From Patescibacteria group bacterium (GTDB lineage Bacteria; Patescibacteriota; Minisyncoccia; Minisyncoccales; GWA2-38-27), in NCBI GenBank assembly GCA_020148045.1, contig JAHCRG010000004.1, positions 576 to 64,575 on the forward strand: a DNA stretch of 64,000 nt. Reading direction: 5' to 3'. Below the pieces are notes generated by a model, which saw only the letters and a program-made list of their open reading frames with translations, was not told the DNA's origin and did no database searches. Below are positions 28,047 to 37,573 of this stretch, one piece after another (the stretch's first letter is position 1; the number at the start of each line of letters is the position of its first letter). The position numbers and the translations under genes are program-made.

Positions 28047-28832
28047 ATGGAACCGAGAAAACAAAAAGAAATTGAATATTATGACAAAAAAACAAAAGAG
28101 CAGTTAAGGAATTTTCAGGAAGAAAACCAAATGCTTGATTTTGAAAGATTTAGCCCTTTTATGTTAGAAAGCTATAAGTTTTTGCAAGGGCTTTCAAGGG
28201 ACAAATGTAAAAATAAAAAAATTTTAGACTATGGCTGCGGGAATGGAATTCATTCTATTTGGCTGGTTGAATATGGGGCTGAAGTTGTTGGGATTGACCT
28301 TTCTAAATATTCGCTTCAAATTGCCAAAGAAAGAGCGAAGAAAGAGGGAATAGATAATAAAACCGAATTTTTAATGATGGACTGTGAAAATTTAGACTTT
28401 TCAGACAATTCATTTGATATAATTTTTGACGGCGGCACTCTTTCTTCTTTGGATTTTAAAAAAGCTCTTCCAGAAATATCAAGGGTTTTGAGACCGGGAG
28501 GGTTTTTAATTGGGATTGAAACCTTAGGGCATAATCCTTTAACTAATTTAAAGAGAAGAATTAATAAAATCACTGATAAACGGACAGAATGGGCTGCTGC
28601 CCATATTTTTCAAACTCAAGATTTAAGACAAGCTGAAAAATATTTTAATAGAATAGAAACACATTTTTTCCATTTTGTTTCCTGGCTTGCCTTTCCATTT
28701 TTAAATTTGCCCGGAGGTAAAATTTTACTAAAATTACTTGAGAAAATAGACCACTTTTTACTGTTTCTTTTTCCATTTTTGCGAAGATACTCCTTTAAAA
28801 TAGTTTTTATTTTTTCCGAACCAAGAAAATAA
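28047..28832 (+). CDS. Class I SAM-dependent methyltransferase
   Basis: ILDYGCGNGIHS...VVGIDLS, and DIIFDGGTL. Confidence 0.8.
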   Translation: MEPRKQKEIEYYDKKTKEQLRNFQEENQMLDFERFSPFMLESYKFLQGLSRDKCKNKKILDYGCGNGIHSIWLVEYGAEVVGIDLSKYSLQIAKERAKKEGIDNKTEFLMMDCENLDFSDNSFDIIFDGGTLSSLDFKKALPEISRVLRPGGFLIGIETLGHNPLTNLKRRINKITDKRTEWAAAHIFQTQDLRQAEKYFNRIETHFFHFVSWLAFPFLNLPGGKILLKLLEKIDHFLLFLFPFLRRYSFKIVFIFSEPRK

Positions 28833-28851
28833 ACCAAGACCAAAATAACTA

Positions 28852-28874
28852 ACAGAGGCCCGACCTCTGTTTTT
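28852..28874 (+). terminator. Rho-independent terminator splitting the glycan locus
   Basis: ACAGAGG-cccga-CCTCTGT followed by TTTT. Confidence 0.7.
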
Positions 28875-28913
28875 ACTTGAAATTAAACTAAAAAAGAGGT
28901 AAATTAAAAATAT

Positions 28914-29507
28914 ATGATTAAGCGGTTATTTGATATTATATTTTCTTTTTTGGGAATAATAATAACAGCTCCGTTAATGGGATTGCTTGCTGTTTTAATA
29001 AAAACTAATTCAGGGACTCCTGTTTTTTTTCGGGGCACAAGAGTCGGAAAACACGGAAAACCATTTAAAATATTTAAATTTCGAACAATGGTTCCTGATG
29101 CTGAGAAGTTAGGGGGTCCTTCAACTGCAGAAGACGATCCTCGTTTAACCAAAATTGGCAAATTTCTTAAAAAATTTCAATTAGATGAACTGCCTCAATT
29201 GATCAATGTTTTAAAAGGAGAAATGAGCTTTGTTGGTCCCAGACCAGAAGTTCCATTTTATGTTAAAATGATGTCAAATGAAGAGAAAAAGATTATTTTG
29301 TCTGTTCGGTCTGGTATGACTGATTTGGCCTCTTTGTGGAATTTTCACGAAGGAGAAATTCTAAAAGGAAGCCCTGACCCGGAAAAAACCTATATGGAAA
29401 AAATAAGGCCGGAAAAAATTCGTCTACAAATAGAATATGTTGAAAAACAATCGGCTTGGCTTGATTTTAAAATAATTTTTAAAACAATACTGAAAATATT
29501 TCAATGA
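28914..29507 (+). CDS. Initiating phosphoglycosyltransferase (small PglC/WbaP-C-type bacterial sugar transferase)
   Basis: KRLFDIIFS..., one N-terminal TM, KFRTM, DELPQL.NVLKGEMS.VGPRP. Confidence 0.85.
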   Translation: MIKRLFDIIFSFLGIIITAPLMGLLAVLIKTNSGTPVFFRGTRVGKHGKPFKIFKFRTMVPDAEKLGGPSTAEDDPRLTKIGKFLKKFQLDELPQLINVLKGEMSFVGPRPEVPFYVKMMSNEEKKIILSVRSGMTDLASLWNFHEGEILKGSPDPEKTYMEKIRPEKIRLQIEYVEKQSAWLDFKIIFKTILKIFQ

Positions 29508-30271
29508 AAGAAATAGCCAAAAAAATTAGAAGGAAAGTAATAGATCTTCTTTATAAACACAAAGCTTGTCATTTGGGTTCCTGTATGTCTTGTATTGAAA
29601 TTATAGTGGCTCTTTACTTTAAAGTAATGAAACCAGAAGATAAATTCATTTTGAGTAAGGGTCATGCTGCTGCTGCTTTATATACTGTTTTAGCCGAAAA
29701 AGGAATTATTGATTGGGATGAATTGTATGAAAAATATTATGAAAAAGGACATGAATACTGGGGGCTGGTTCATCATACAGTGCCAGGGGTAGAATTCAGC
29801 ACAGGAAGTTTAGGACACGGGCTGCCTGTGGCTTGCGGGATGACTTTGGCAATGAAGCGGGATAAAAACAAAGGAAAGGTTTATTGCTTAATGTCAGATG
29901 GCGAGATGGATTGCGGAACCACTTGGGAAAGCGCTTTATTTGCGGCTCATCATAAATTGGATAATTTGGTGGTGATTGTAGATAGAAATTGGTGGCAAGC
30001 ATTTGGTAAAACAGAAGAAGTAATAAAATTAGAGCCGTTAAAAGATAAATGGGAGGCGTTTGGCTGGGTGGTTTCTGAAGCAGACGGTCATAATTTCGAA
30101 GATTTATTAGAAGCTTTTGAAAAAATTCCGCCTGTAGAAAGAAAACCCCATATAATTATTTGCCATACTATTAAAGGCAAGGGGATTTCATTTGCTGAAA
30201 ATAAAATGGAGTGGCATTATTATAATTTAACTCAAGAACTTTATGAAAGAGCTAAGAAAGATCTTCGTTGA
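29504..30271 (+). CDS. Transketolase, N-terminal (PP/TPP-binding) subunit
   Basis: HLGS..S..EI, SKGHAA.ALY, GSLGHGLP.A.G, and DGE...G..WE blocks. Confidence 0.8.
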   Translation: MKEIAKKIRRKVIDLLYKHKACHLGSCMSCIEIIVALYFKVMKPEDKFILSKGHAAAALYTVLAEKGIIDWDELYEKYYEKGHEYWGLVHHTVPGVEFSTGSLGHGLPVACGMTLAMKRDKNKGKVYCLMSDGEMDCGTTWESALFAAHHKLDNLVVIVDRNWWQAFGKTEEVIKLEPLKDKWEAFGWVVSEADGHNFEDLLEAFEKIPPVERKPHIIICHTIKGKGISFAENKMEWHYYNLTQELYERAKKDLR

Positions 30272-30728
30272 AGAATTAATAAAATTAGCAGAAAAGGATA
30301 AGAGAATCATGCTTCTTAATGATGACACCGGTTTTAGTTTGTTTGAAGATTTTGAGAAAAAATTTCCAGGCAGATATATTAATTGCGGAATAATAGAACA
30401 AAGCTATATTGGGATTGCTGCCGGCTTGGCTTTAATGGGTAAGAAGCCTTATGTTTACGGGATTATCCCTTTTTGCACAATGAGACCCTATGAGCAAATA
30501 AGGAATGATGTTTGCTATCATAATCTTGATGTAAAGATAATTGGAGTGGGTGGATTTCAGTATTATAAATTTCTTGGCTTTACTCATAATCCTGATTTTG
30601 ATGAAGATATTAAGATTATGGAAATTTTGCCCAATATGAAAGTTTATGTTCCAAAAAGCGTGGAGGAGACAGAAAAAGCTTTTTCAGAATCTTATAAAAA
30701 AGAAGGGCCAGCTTACATAAGGCTTTAA
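30243..30728 (+). CDS. Transketolase Pyr-domain subunit, lacking the usual C-terminal domain
   Basis: FPGRYINCGI.EQ...IAAGLAL.G..P, ending at GPAYIRL where the Pyr domain normally ends. Only 161 aa, against about 300 aa for typical C-terminal subunits. Confidence 0.65.
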   Translation: MKELRKIFVEELIKLAEKDKRIMLLNDDTGFSLFEDFEKKFPGRYINCGIIEQSYIGIAAGLALMGKKPYVYGIIPFCTMRPYEQIRNDVCYHNLDVKIIGVGGFQYYKFLGFTHNPDFDEDIKIMEILPNMKVYVPKSVEETEKAFSESYKKEGPAYIRL

Positions 30729-30744
30729 AGGGTCTTGTTGAATT

Positions 30745-31854
30745 ATGGAATATAAAGTTCCCTTTGTGGGATATAAATTACAATATCAGAATCTAAAAGA
30801 AGAGATAAATGCAGCTATCCAAGACGTTCTCCAACGAGGGGATTTGATTTTGCGTAAAGATGTAGAAAAGTTTGAGAAAGATTTAGCTGATTTCGTTGGT
30901 GTAAAATACGCTGTTGGTTTAAACAGCGGAACAGATGCTTTGTTTTTATCTTTAAAAGCCGCCGGAATAGGGAAAGGGGACGAGGTTATTACTGTTTCCC
31001 ATAGTTTTATTGCTTCTATTGCAGCAATAGTTCAATCTGGAGCCACTCCTATTTTAGTTGAAGTAGGGGAGGATTTTTTGATGGATATGGAAAAAGTGGA
31101 AGAGGCAATTACTTCTAAAACCAAAGCAGTAATCCCAGTTCATCTAAATGGCAGGGTTTGTGATATGGAAAAATTGATGGCTCTTGCTCAAAAACATAAT
31201 TTAATTGTAATTGAGGATGCTGCCCAATCTTTAGGAGCAACCTTTAATGGAAAGAAAGCGGGCTCTTTTGGTCTAACTGGTTGCTTCAGTTTTTATCCAG
31301 CAAAAGTTCTGGGTTGTTTTGGAGACGGGGGAGCAGTAACCACTAATGATTTAGAAATTGCTGAGAAAATTCGGGTTTTAAGGGACCACGGTCAAAAGAC
31401 AAAAACAGAAATAATTTGCTACGGATGGAATTCCAGGTTAGATAACTTGCAAGCAGTGATATTAAATGTTAAATTTGAATACCTACTGGAATGGGTAAAA
31501 AGAAGAAGAAAGATTGCTAAAATTTATAGTGAGGGATTATCAAATATTCCGGGAGTAAAACTTCCACCAAGCCCTGATTCAGATTCTAAACATTTCGACG
31601 TCTATCAGAATTATATTTTAAAGGTTGAAAAAAGAGATGAATTATTTGAATACTTAAAAGAAAAAGGAGTGGAAACTTTGATTAAAGACCCGATCCCCAA
31701 TCATTGGCAAAAAGGTCTCGGTCTTTCTCATTTTAAGCTTCCCTATGCAGAAAAGCTCGCAAAAGAAGTCATTTCGCTTCCAATGTATCCGGAATTAACA
31801 GAAGAGCAAATTAAATATACAATAAATTCTATTAGAAATTTTTGCAGGAACTAA
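30745..31854 (+). CDS. DegT/DnrJ/EryC1/StrS-family PLP aminotransferase (PglE/PseC-like)
   Basis: G.NSGTDAL, PVHL.G, EDAAQ..GA, and SF.P.K (PLP Lys) blocks. Confidence 0.85.
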   Translation: MEYKVPFVGYKLQYQNLKEEINAAIQDVLQRGDLILRKDVEKFEKDLADFVGVKYAVGLNSGTDALFLSLKAAGIGKGDEVITVSHSFIASIAAIVQSGATPILVEVGEDFLMDMEKVEEAITSKTKAVIPVHLNGRVCDMEKLMALAQKHNLIVIEDAAQSLGATFNGKKAGSFGLTGCFSFYPAKVLGCFGDGGAVTTNDLEIAEKIRVLRDHGQKTKTEIICYGWNSRLDNLQAVILNVKFEYLLEWVKRRRKIAKIYSEGLSNIPGVKLPPSPDSDSKHFDVYQNYILKVEKRDELFEYLKEKGVETLIKDPIPNHWQKGLGLSHFKLPYAEKLAKEVISLPMYPELTEEQIKYTINSIRNFCRN

Positions 31855-31858
31855 TTAA

Positions 31859-33727
31859 ATGCTTTCATTTTTAAAAAGAACAACCAAAACTCGACTATTA
31901 TTTTTTCTTGTTGCTGATATTTTCTTTATAATCTGCTCGATTTTTTTGGCTTTTCTTTTAAGGTTTGACGGAGAAATACCGGGTCAGTATTTTGAGGGAG
32001 TTTTACCGGGAATGATTGTTTTGACCTTGGTTTTTTGTTTGCCGATTTTTTATTTTTTGAAACTTTACTCTTTTTCCTGGAGTTATGTAAGTACTAATGA
32101 ATTAATATCTTTGGCAAAAGCTATAACATTAAGCTTTTTATTTTTAGGAGCTTCTCTTTTTATTTTAAGAGACCAGCCAATTTTTCAAGGTTTTCCTCGT
32201 TCAACTCTAATAATTGGTTATTTTTTGATATTTATTTTCTGCGGCGGAATTCGTCTTGCTAAAAGAATTTATTTAGAGTTATTCAAGGGTAAGAGAGTAG
32301 AGAGCAAAAAAGAAAGAACTTTAATTGTAGGGGCTGGTGATGCCGGAGAACAAATTTTAAGGAGCATTTTAGCGTCAAAAAATAGTTCTTATTTACCGAT
32401 TGGATTTGTGGATGATAATTCAACAAAACAAGGGATAATAATTCATGGAATAAAAGTTTTAGGAAAAATTAATGATATTCCAAGAGTTATTCAAGAAAAA
32501 CAAATTGAACAAATGATTGTTGCTTTACCTTCAGCTGGATCTCAGACTATCAAGAAAGCAGTTGAATCAAGTAGAAAGTCAGGTCTTAAAAATATTAAAG
32601 TTATTCCTTCAATAACTGAAATAATCAATGAAGAGGTTTCAATAAGGGACCTTCGGGAAATTCAGGTTGAGGACCTGCTGGGTAGAGAACCTGTTAAATT
32701 GAATGTGAAAGCAATTGAAAACCTTATTAAAAACAAAAATGTTTTAATTACTGGAGCTGCTGGTTCAATCGGTTCTGAACTTTCAAAGCAGGTAGCTAAA
32801 TTCAAACCCTCGCTACTTTTACTTTTAGATCAAGACGAAACAGGTATCTTCAATATATCAGAAGAGCTTAAGAGCGGGTTCCCTTACTTAAAAATTATTT
32901 CTCAAATAGCCGATATCAGAGACAAAGCAAAAATTGATGGGGTCTTTGCTATGCTCCAATCGGGAATTGTTTTTCATGCAGCTGCTTACAAACATGTTCC
33001 TTTAATGGAAAAACAGCCCGATGAAGCGCTAAAGAACAACATTTTTGGGACAGAAATTGTTGCCAGTGCATCATTAAAACATAACATAGAAAAATTTGTA
33101 TTTATTTCTACCGACAAAGCAGTGAACCCAAGTTCGGTGATGGGAGCGACCAAAAGAGCAGGAGAAATAATTTGCCAAACTCTAAACCAGAAAAACTCCA
33201 CTAAATTTATTTCTGTTCGTTTTGGCAATGTTTTAGATAGTAGGGGAAGTGTTATTCCTATTTTTAGAGAACAAATAAAAAAGAGTGGACCAGTTGAAGT
33301 TACTCATCCTGATATGAAAAGGTATTTTATGACTATTTCGGAGGCCTGTCTTTTGGTAATGCAGGCAGCTGGAATAGGAAAGGGAGGCGAAGTATTTGTT
33401 TTAGATATGGGAGAGCCAATTAAGATTTTGGATTTGGCAAAAGAAATGATTCGCCTTTACGGTTTTGAGCCAGACAAAGATATCCCCATCGTTTTTACAG
33501 GGGTCAGGCCAGGGGAAAAGCTTTTTGAAGAAGTTCTAACTGCGGAGGAAGGAACGATAGCTACTCAGCACCAAAAGATTTTTATGGCAAAACTTTCTCC
33601 AATAGATAAGAGAAAAATCGAAGAAAACTTAGAAAAATTAAAAGAGGCAGTAAAAAAATCTGGCCGAAAAGAGATAATAAATATTTTAAAAGAACTTATC
33701 CTTTCCTACAAGCCAAACTATAATTGA
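31859..33727 (+). CDS. Membrane-bound CapD/PglF/WbpM-type UDP-sugar 4,6-dehydratase
   Basis: Four N-terminal TM segments, GAGDAG, ITGAAGSIGSEL, HAAAYKHVP, STDKAV.P...MGATKR, and RFGNVL.S.GSV. Confidence 0.85.
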   Translation: MLSFLKRTTKTRLLFFLVADIFFIICSIFLAFLLRFDGEIPGQYFEGVLPGMIVLTLVFCLPIFYFLKLYSFSWSYVSTNELISLAKAITLSFLFLGASLFILRDQPIFQGFPRSTLIIGYFLIFIFCGGIRLAKRIYLELFKGKRVESKKERTLIVGAGDAGEQILRSILASKNSSYLPIGFVDDNSTKQGIIIHGIKVLGKINDIPRVIQEKQIEQMIVALPSAGSQTIKKAVESSRKSGLKNIKVIPSITEIINEEVSIRDLREIQVEDLLGREPVKLNVKAIENLIKNKNVLITGAAGSIGSELSKQVAKFKPSLLLLLDQDETGIFNISEELKSGFPYLKIISQIADIRDKAKIDGVFAMLQSGIVFHAAAYKHVPLMEKQPDEALKNNIFGTEIVASASLKHNIEKFVFISTDKAVNPSSVMGATKRAGEIICQTLNQKNSTKFISVRFGNVLDSRGSVIPIFREQIKKSGPVEVTHPDMKRYFMTISEACLLVMQAAGIGKGGEVFVLDMGEPIKILDLAKEMIRLYGFEPDKDIPIVFTGVRPGEKLFEEVLTAEEGTIATQHQKIFMAKLSPIDKRKIEENLEKLKEAVKKSGRKEIINILKELILSYKPNYN

Positions 33728-33759
33728 CATTATTTTTACAGACTTTATAATAAAAATAT

Positions 33760-34434
33760 ATGAACCAAGAAGATAATGAAATTAATTTAATAGATTATAT
33801 TCGGGTGATTATAAAGAGAAAAAACTTGATTTTAGTTTTTCTTTTAGCAGGCCTGATAATAACTGGAGTCCTGACTTTTTTATTACCTGAAACATATAAT
33901 GTTGCAACTTATTTAGAAATCGGAAGTTATAGCAATGAATTAGGTGAACAGGTTTTAATAAAACATCCCAAAACTATAATAGGAAAGATTAATAATGGTT
34001 TTTATGAGAATTCTCCGAAGTTAAAGGCATGGACAGAGGGCTCTTTAATTAAAATTGAACGGATATCAAAAAATCAAGAAGAAGCCAAAAAAACATTAGA
34101 AAACATAAATAATTTAGTTTTGAAAGAACATAATCAAATAATTGAGACTAAGAAAGAAAATTTTGAAAAATCCCTTAAAGAATTACAAGAAAAAATTAAA
34201 ATTTTGACCAATAGAAACAAAGAGACAGCGGTACTTGGGGTTAAAGCTTTTAATGTTCAAAGACAGATTAATACCCTTCAGCCAACCGAAATAATAAAGG
34301 AGCCAACCATTGTTTCTGAGAAAAAACCAAATCTTCCTTTTAATTTGATTTGCGGCGGACTTTTGGGGATTTTCTTGGGATTATTTTTTGCTTTCGGGAA
34401 AGAATGGCGTGAGGAAAACAAAAAGAGATTGTAG
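33760..34434 (+). CDS. Wzz-like chain-length determinant (short form)
   Basis: EINLIDYIRVIIKRKNLI plus an N-terminal TM, a coiled-coil middle, and a C-terminal TM (LICGGLLGIFLGLFFAF). Confidence 0.55.
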   Translation: MNQEDNEINLIDYIRVIIKRKNLILVFLLAGLIITGVLTFLLPETYNVATYLEIGSYSNELGEQVLIKHPKTIIGKINNGFYENSPKLKAWTEGSLIKIERISKNQEEAKKTLENINNLVLKEHNQIIETKKENFEKSLKELQEKIKILTNRNKETAVLGVKAFNVQRQINTLQPTEIIKEPTIVSEKKPNLPFNLICGGLLGIFLGLFFAFGKEWREENKKRL

Positions 34435-34455
34435 GATTTCATAAGCCATAAGCTG

Positions 34456-34488
34456 AAATCAAGAGCGACTAAATTGCTCTTGATTTTT
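34456..34488 (+). terminator. Rho-independent terminator
   Basis: AAATCAAGAGC-9 nt loop-GCTCTTGATTT followed by a T run. Confidence 0.75.
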
Positions 34489-34514
34489 CATTAAAATTAA
34501 GGTTTAATAGATTT

Positions 34515-35420
34515 ATGGAAGTTTTAATAACCGGTGGAGCAGGATTTATAGGAAGCCATCTGGTAGATAGGCTAATAAGAGATGGTCACAAAGTAGTGGT
34601 GATTGATAATTTATCCACCGGGAAAAAAGAAAATTTGAATCCCGAGGCAGATTTCCATAATTTAGACATATGTGATTTTAATAAAATTAAACCTTTATTT
34701 CAGGGCGTGGATTTCGTTTTCCATTTAGCTGCTATCCCCAGAGTGCCTGTGTCGGTAGAAGATCCAGTTGGGACTGCAAAATCGAATATTTTAGGATCAA
34801 TTAATGTTTTCAAAGCAGCCGCTGATGCTAAAGTAAAAAGAGTTATTTTTGCCTCTTCATCTGCCATTTACGGCGACCAGAAAACTCTCCCTTTTAGAGA
34901 AGATATGAAACCTAATCCGCTTAGTCCCTATGCGCTTCAGAAATTAAGTGGGGAACAATTTGCCGATTTATTTACTAAACTTTACAAAATCCCAATAGTT
35001 TCTTTGCGATATTTTAATGTATACGGGCCAAGAATTGATTTTGATTCCGATTACGGTTTAGTAATAGGAAAGTTTTTAAACCAAAAGATTCAAGGCAAAC
35101 CCTTAACCATATTCGGGGATGGAGAACAAACTAGAGGATTCTGTTATGTTGATGATGTAACTGATGCGAATATTAAAGCAGCTCAAAGTGAGGAGACAAA
35201 AGGGGGAGAAGTGATTAATATTAGCAGCGAGGAATCTCACTCCATAAATTATTTGGCAAAAGTAATCGGCGGAGAAGTAAAATATTTACCCCCGAGACCG
35301 GGTGATCCGCGTCATACCAAAGCAGATATTACTTTAGCTAAAAATCTTTTGAGTTGGGAACCAAAGATTTCCTTTAAAGAAGGTTTAAAGAGGACTCAAA
35401 ATTGGTTCAAGGATTTATGA
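34515..35420 (+). CDS. NAD-dependent nucleotide-sugar epimerase/dehydratase (UDP-glucose 4-epimerase / UDP-xylose synthase-like)
   Basis: VLITGGAGFIGSHL, SS.A.YG, and YA..K. Confidence 0.8.
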   Translation: MEVLITGGAGFIGSHLVDRLIRDGHKVVVIDNLSTGKKENLNPEADFHNLDICDFNKIKPLFQGVDFVFHLAAIPRVPVSVEDPVGTAKSNILGSINVFKAAADAKVKRVIFASSSAIYGDQKTLPFREDMKPNPLSPYALQKLSGEQFADLFTKLYKIPIVSLRYFNVYGPRIDFDSDYGLVIGKFLNQKIQGKPLTIFGDGEQTRGFCYVDDVTDANIKAAQSEETKGGEVINISSEESHSINYLAKVIGGEVKYLPPRPGDPRHTKADITLAKNLLSWEPKISFKEGLKRTQNWFKDL

Positions 35421-36244
35421 GAAATATAGGAGAAAAATATAAACTTGGCGTGTGCGGTGTTGGAATGGTTGGTGGAGCTTTAAGGAGTTACTTTGAAAAA
35501 AAAGGAATGAACCCTTTTCTATATGACGAAGGTAAAGATATCGGCTCTCTTGAAGAAGTCAATCAGGCAGACATTATTTTCATTTGTGTTCCCACGCCTT
35601 TTAACAAAGAAAAAGGATTTGATTTGTCTTCTGTCGAAAAAGCCTGCCAGAATATTAAGGGAGAAAAGATTATAGTAATTAAATCAACAATTCTCCCGGG
35701 CACCACAGAAAAGCTTCAAGAAAAATACCCTCAGCATAAATTTTTATTTAATCCCGAGTTTTTAACTGAAACTACTGCCAAGCAGGACATGGAGCATCCA
35801 GATAGGCAGATTTTAGGTTATACTAAGAAGAGCCGCGACATAGCAGAAGATATTTTGCAAATTCTGCCGCCAGCTTCTTTTAAAAAAATAATACCGGCTA
35901 CGGAGGCCGAAATGGTAAAATATTTCAGTAATACCTGGTTTTCAACCAAAGTAGTTTTTGCTAACCAAATCTATAAATTATGTAAAAAGCTTGGCATAGA
36001 TTATGAGATAGTCAGAGAATGTGCCGCGGCTGATAAAATGGTAGGACCCAGCCACTTGGATGTTCACCATAAAGGATATTTTGGGTATGGGGGCAAGTGT
36101 ATTCCAAAAGATATCAGAGCTTTAATTCAGCTTGCTAATGAACAGGGACTCGATTTTAGGCTTCACAAAACAGTTGAAGAGATTAACAATCAGTTGATGA
36201 AAGAACAGGGGATAGATGATTCGGCCAAGCCCTTAAATGGTTGA
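35417..36244 (+). CDS. UDP-glucose/GDP-mannose dehydrogenase family protein, short form without the C-terminal nucleotide-sugar-binding domain
   Basis: GVCGVGMVGGA, FNPEFLTE, and GGKCIPKD blocks, but only 275 aa. The ATG at 35417 overlaps the upstream stop. Confidence 0.5.
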   Translation: MRNIGEKYKLGVCGVGMVGGALRSYFEKKGMNPFLYDEGKDIGSLEEVNQADIIFICVPTPFNKEKGFDLSSVEKACQNIKGEKIIVIKSTILPGTTEKLQEKYPQHKFLFNPEFLTETTAKQDMEHPDRQILGYTKKSRDIAEDILQILPPASFKKIIPATEAEMVKYFSNTWFSTKVVFANQIYKLCKKLGIDYEIVRECAAADKMVGPSHLDVHHKGYFGYGGKCIPKDIRALIQLANEQGLDFRLHKTVEEINNQLMKEQGIDDSAKPLNG

Positions 36245-36262
36245 TGTAAAAAATGCAATATT

Positions 36263-37537
36263 ATGAATTCAATTTCAGCTGTATTATTTAGAATTTATAA
36301 TAAAAAAAGATTGTTATTGGTTTCTATTTTTATTGCTTCTCTTTTATTTTCATCAATTTTTTTGATTTTTTTCAAAAATATAGGACCAGTTGGGCATCAT
36401 GTTCCCGGCACTGATTATCTTGGCTGTTATGGTCCTTTTGCTGACAGCATTCTTCAAGAAGAAGGTATTTACTTTGGTGAAAATCAGGAGATTTGTGCTC
36501 CGCCCGGCTACCCGATTATTTTAGCAGTGATTTTTAGCTTATCTCGGTTGCTGAGGATTGACAAGGTTTTATTGATTATTATATTCAATGTTTTTATGAT
36601 AGCTCTTGCTGCTTGTTTTTTCTTTCTTATTGTAGAATCAATTTTTAAGAAAAAAATCGCCTTGTTATCTTCATTTTTGTGGATAACTTATCCTTTTAAC
36701 CTATGGTTTACAAAGAATCCTCATACTGAAATTCCTTTTATTCTTTTTCTATATGCTGGAATCTGGTTCTATATCCTCGCCCTTAAAAAAAGACACTTCG
36801 GATTCATTTTCCTAACAGGAGCTATTTTGGGTTTCGCTGTTTTAATCCGGCCAAGCGGTTTTTTTCTACCTATTCTTTTTGGTTTAATGATTTTTCTTTT
36901 GTTAAAAGGAAGCCAAAGGAAAACACAGTTTGCCTTGGCTATATTTCTTTTAATTGGTAGTATATTAATTATTTTTCCCTGGGAAGCTCAGATTCTATCT
37001 GAAACTGGACGTCTGGTTTTTCTTGACGCAAGAGGATATAGTACCCTTAATAATGGTCTTACTTTTGCTTTAAGAAACACAGCGGGTGAGGGATGGCCAT
37101 CTGTTCCGGGTGACGTTTTAACGTTAATGAAACAGATAAAGGTAGCGGAATTAAATACTGCTTCTGATATGTTTAACTTTTTTATAGAAGAATTAACAAA
37201 CAATCCTGTTCCGGTCTTTAAACTATTAGGATTGAAAATAGTCAGGGCCTGGTATGCTACTTCTCAAATGTGGTTTGAAAAGAGGATATTAGCAGTTCAG
37301 CTTTTTTATCTTGTCCCTGGTCTTGCAGGGGTGATATATGCGGTTAAAAAATATAAAGATAAGATTAGAAGTGTAATTTTTCTTTTAAGTATAGTATTTT
37401 GCTTTTGGGGAGTAGCTTTTCTTGCTCATTCTATCATGCGGTATATGATACCGGCTATGGGAGTAGTAATTATTTTTTTAGCAATCTCAGTAAATCTTGT
37501 GGTAACCCATTTATTTAAAAAAATACCCGTGAGATGA
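36263..37537 (+). CDS. Polytopic GT-C-like membrane glycosyltransferase candidate (ArnT/PMT-like)
   Basis: At least 10 TM segments. Sits next to a polyprenyl-phosphate-sugar-synthase-like GT2. No diagnostic motif is confidently seen. Confidence 0.4.
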   Translation: MNSISAVLFRIYNKKRLLLVSIFIASLLFSSIFLIFFKNIGPVGHHVPGTDYLGCYGPFADSILQEEGIYFGENQEICAPPGYPIILAVIFSLSRLLRIDKVLLIIIFNVFMIALAACFFFLIVESIFKKKIALLSSFLWITYPFNLWFTKNPHTEIPFILFLYAGIWFYILALKKRHFGFIFLTGAILGFAVLIRPSGFFLPILFGLMIFLLLKGSQRKTQFALAIFLLIGSILIIFPWEAQILSETGRLVFLDARGYSTLNNGLTFALRNTAGEGWPSVPGDVLTLMKQIKVAELNTASDMFNFFIEELTNNPVPVFKLLGLKIVRAWYATSQMWFEKRILAVQLFYLVPGLAGVIYAVKKYKDKIRSVIFLLSIVFCFWGVAFLAHSIMRYMIPAMGVVIIFLAISVNLVVTHLFKKIPVR

Positions 37538-37573
37538 ACGATAAAATTTATGAATAAATGGGTTAAATGAAAA

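Noticed and set aside
28877-28905. TTGAAA-17-TAAATT as the promoter for the second glycan operon
   Set aside because: A TSS after this -10 would exclude the AGAGG SD-like sequence (28895-28899) that lies inside the spacer. The signal is ambiguous, so it is not listed as a feature.
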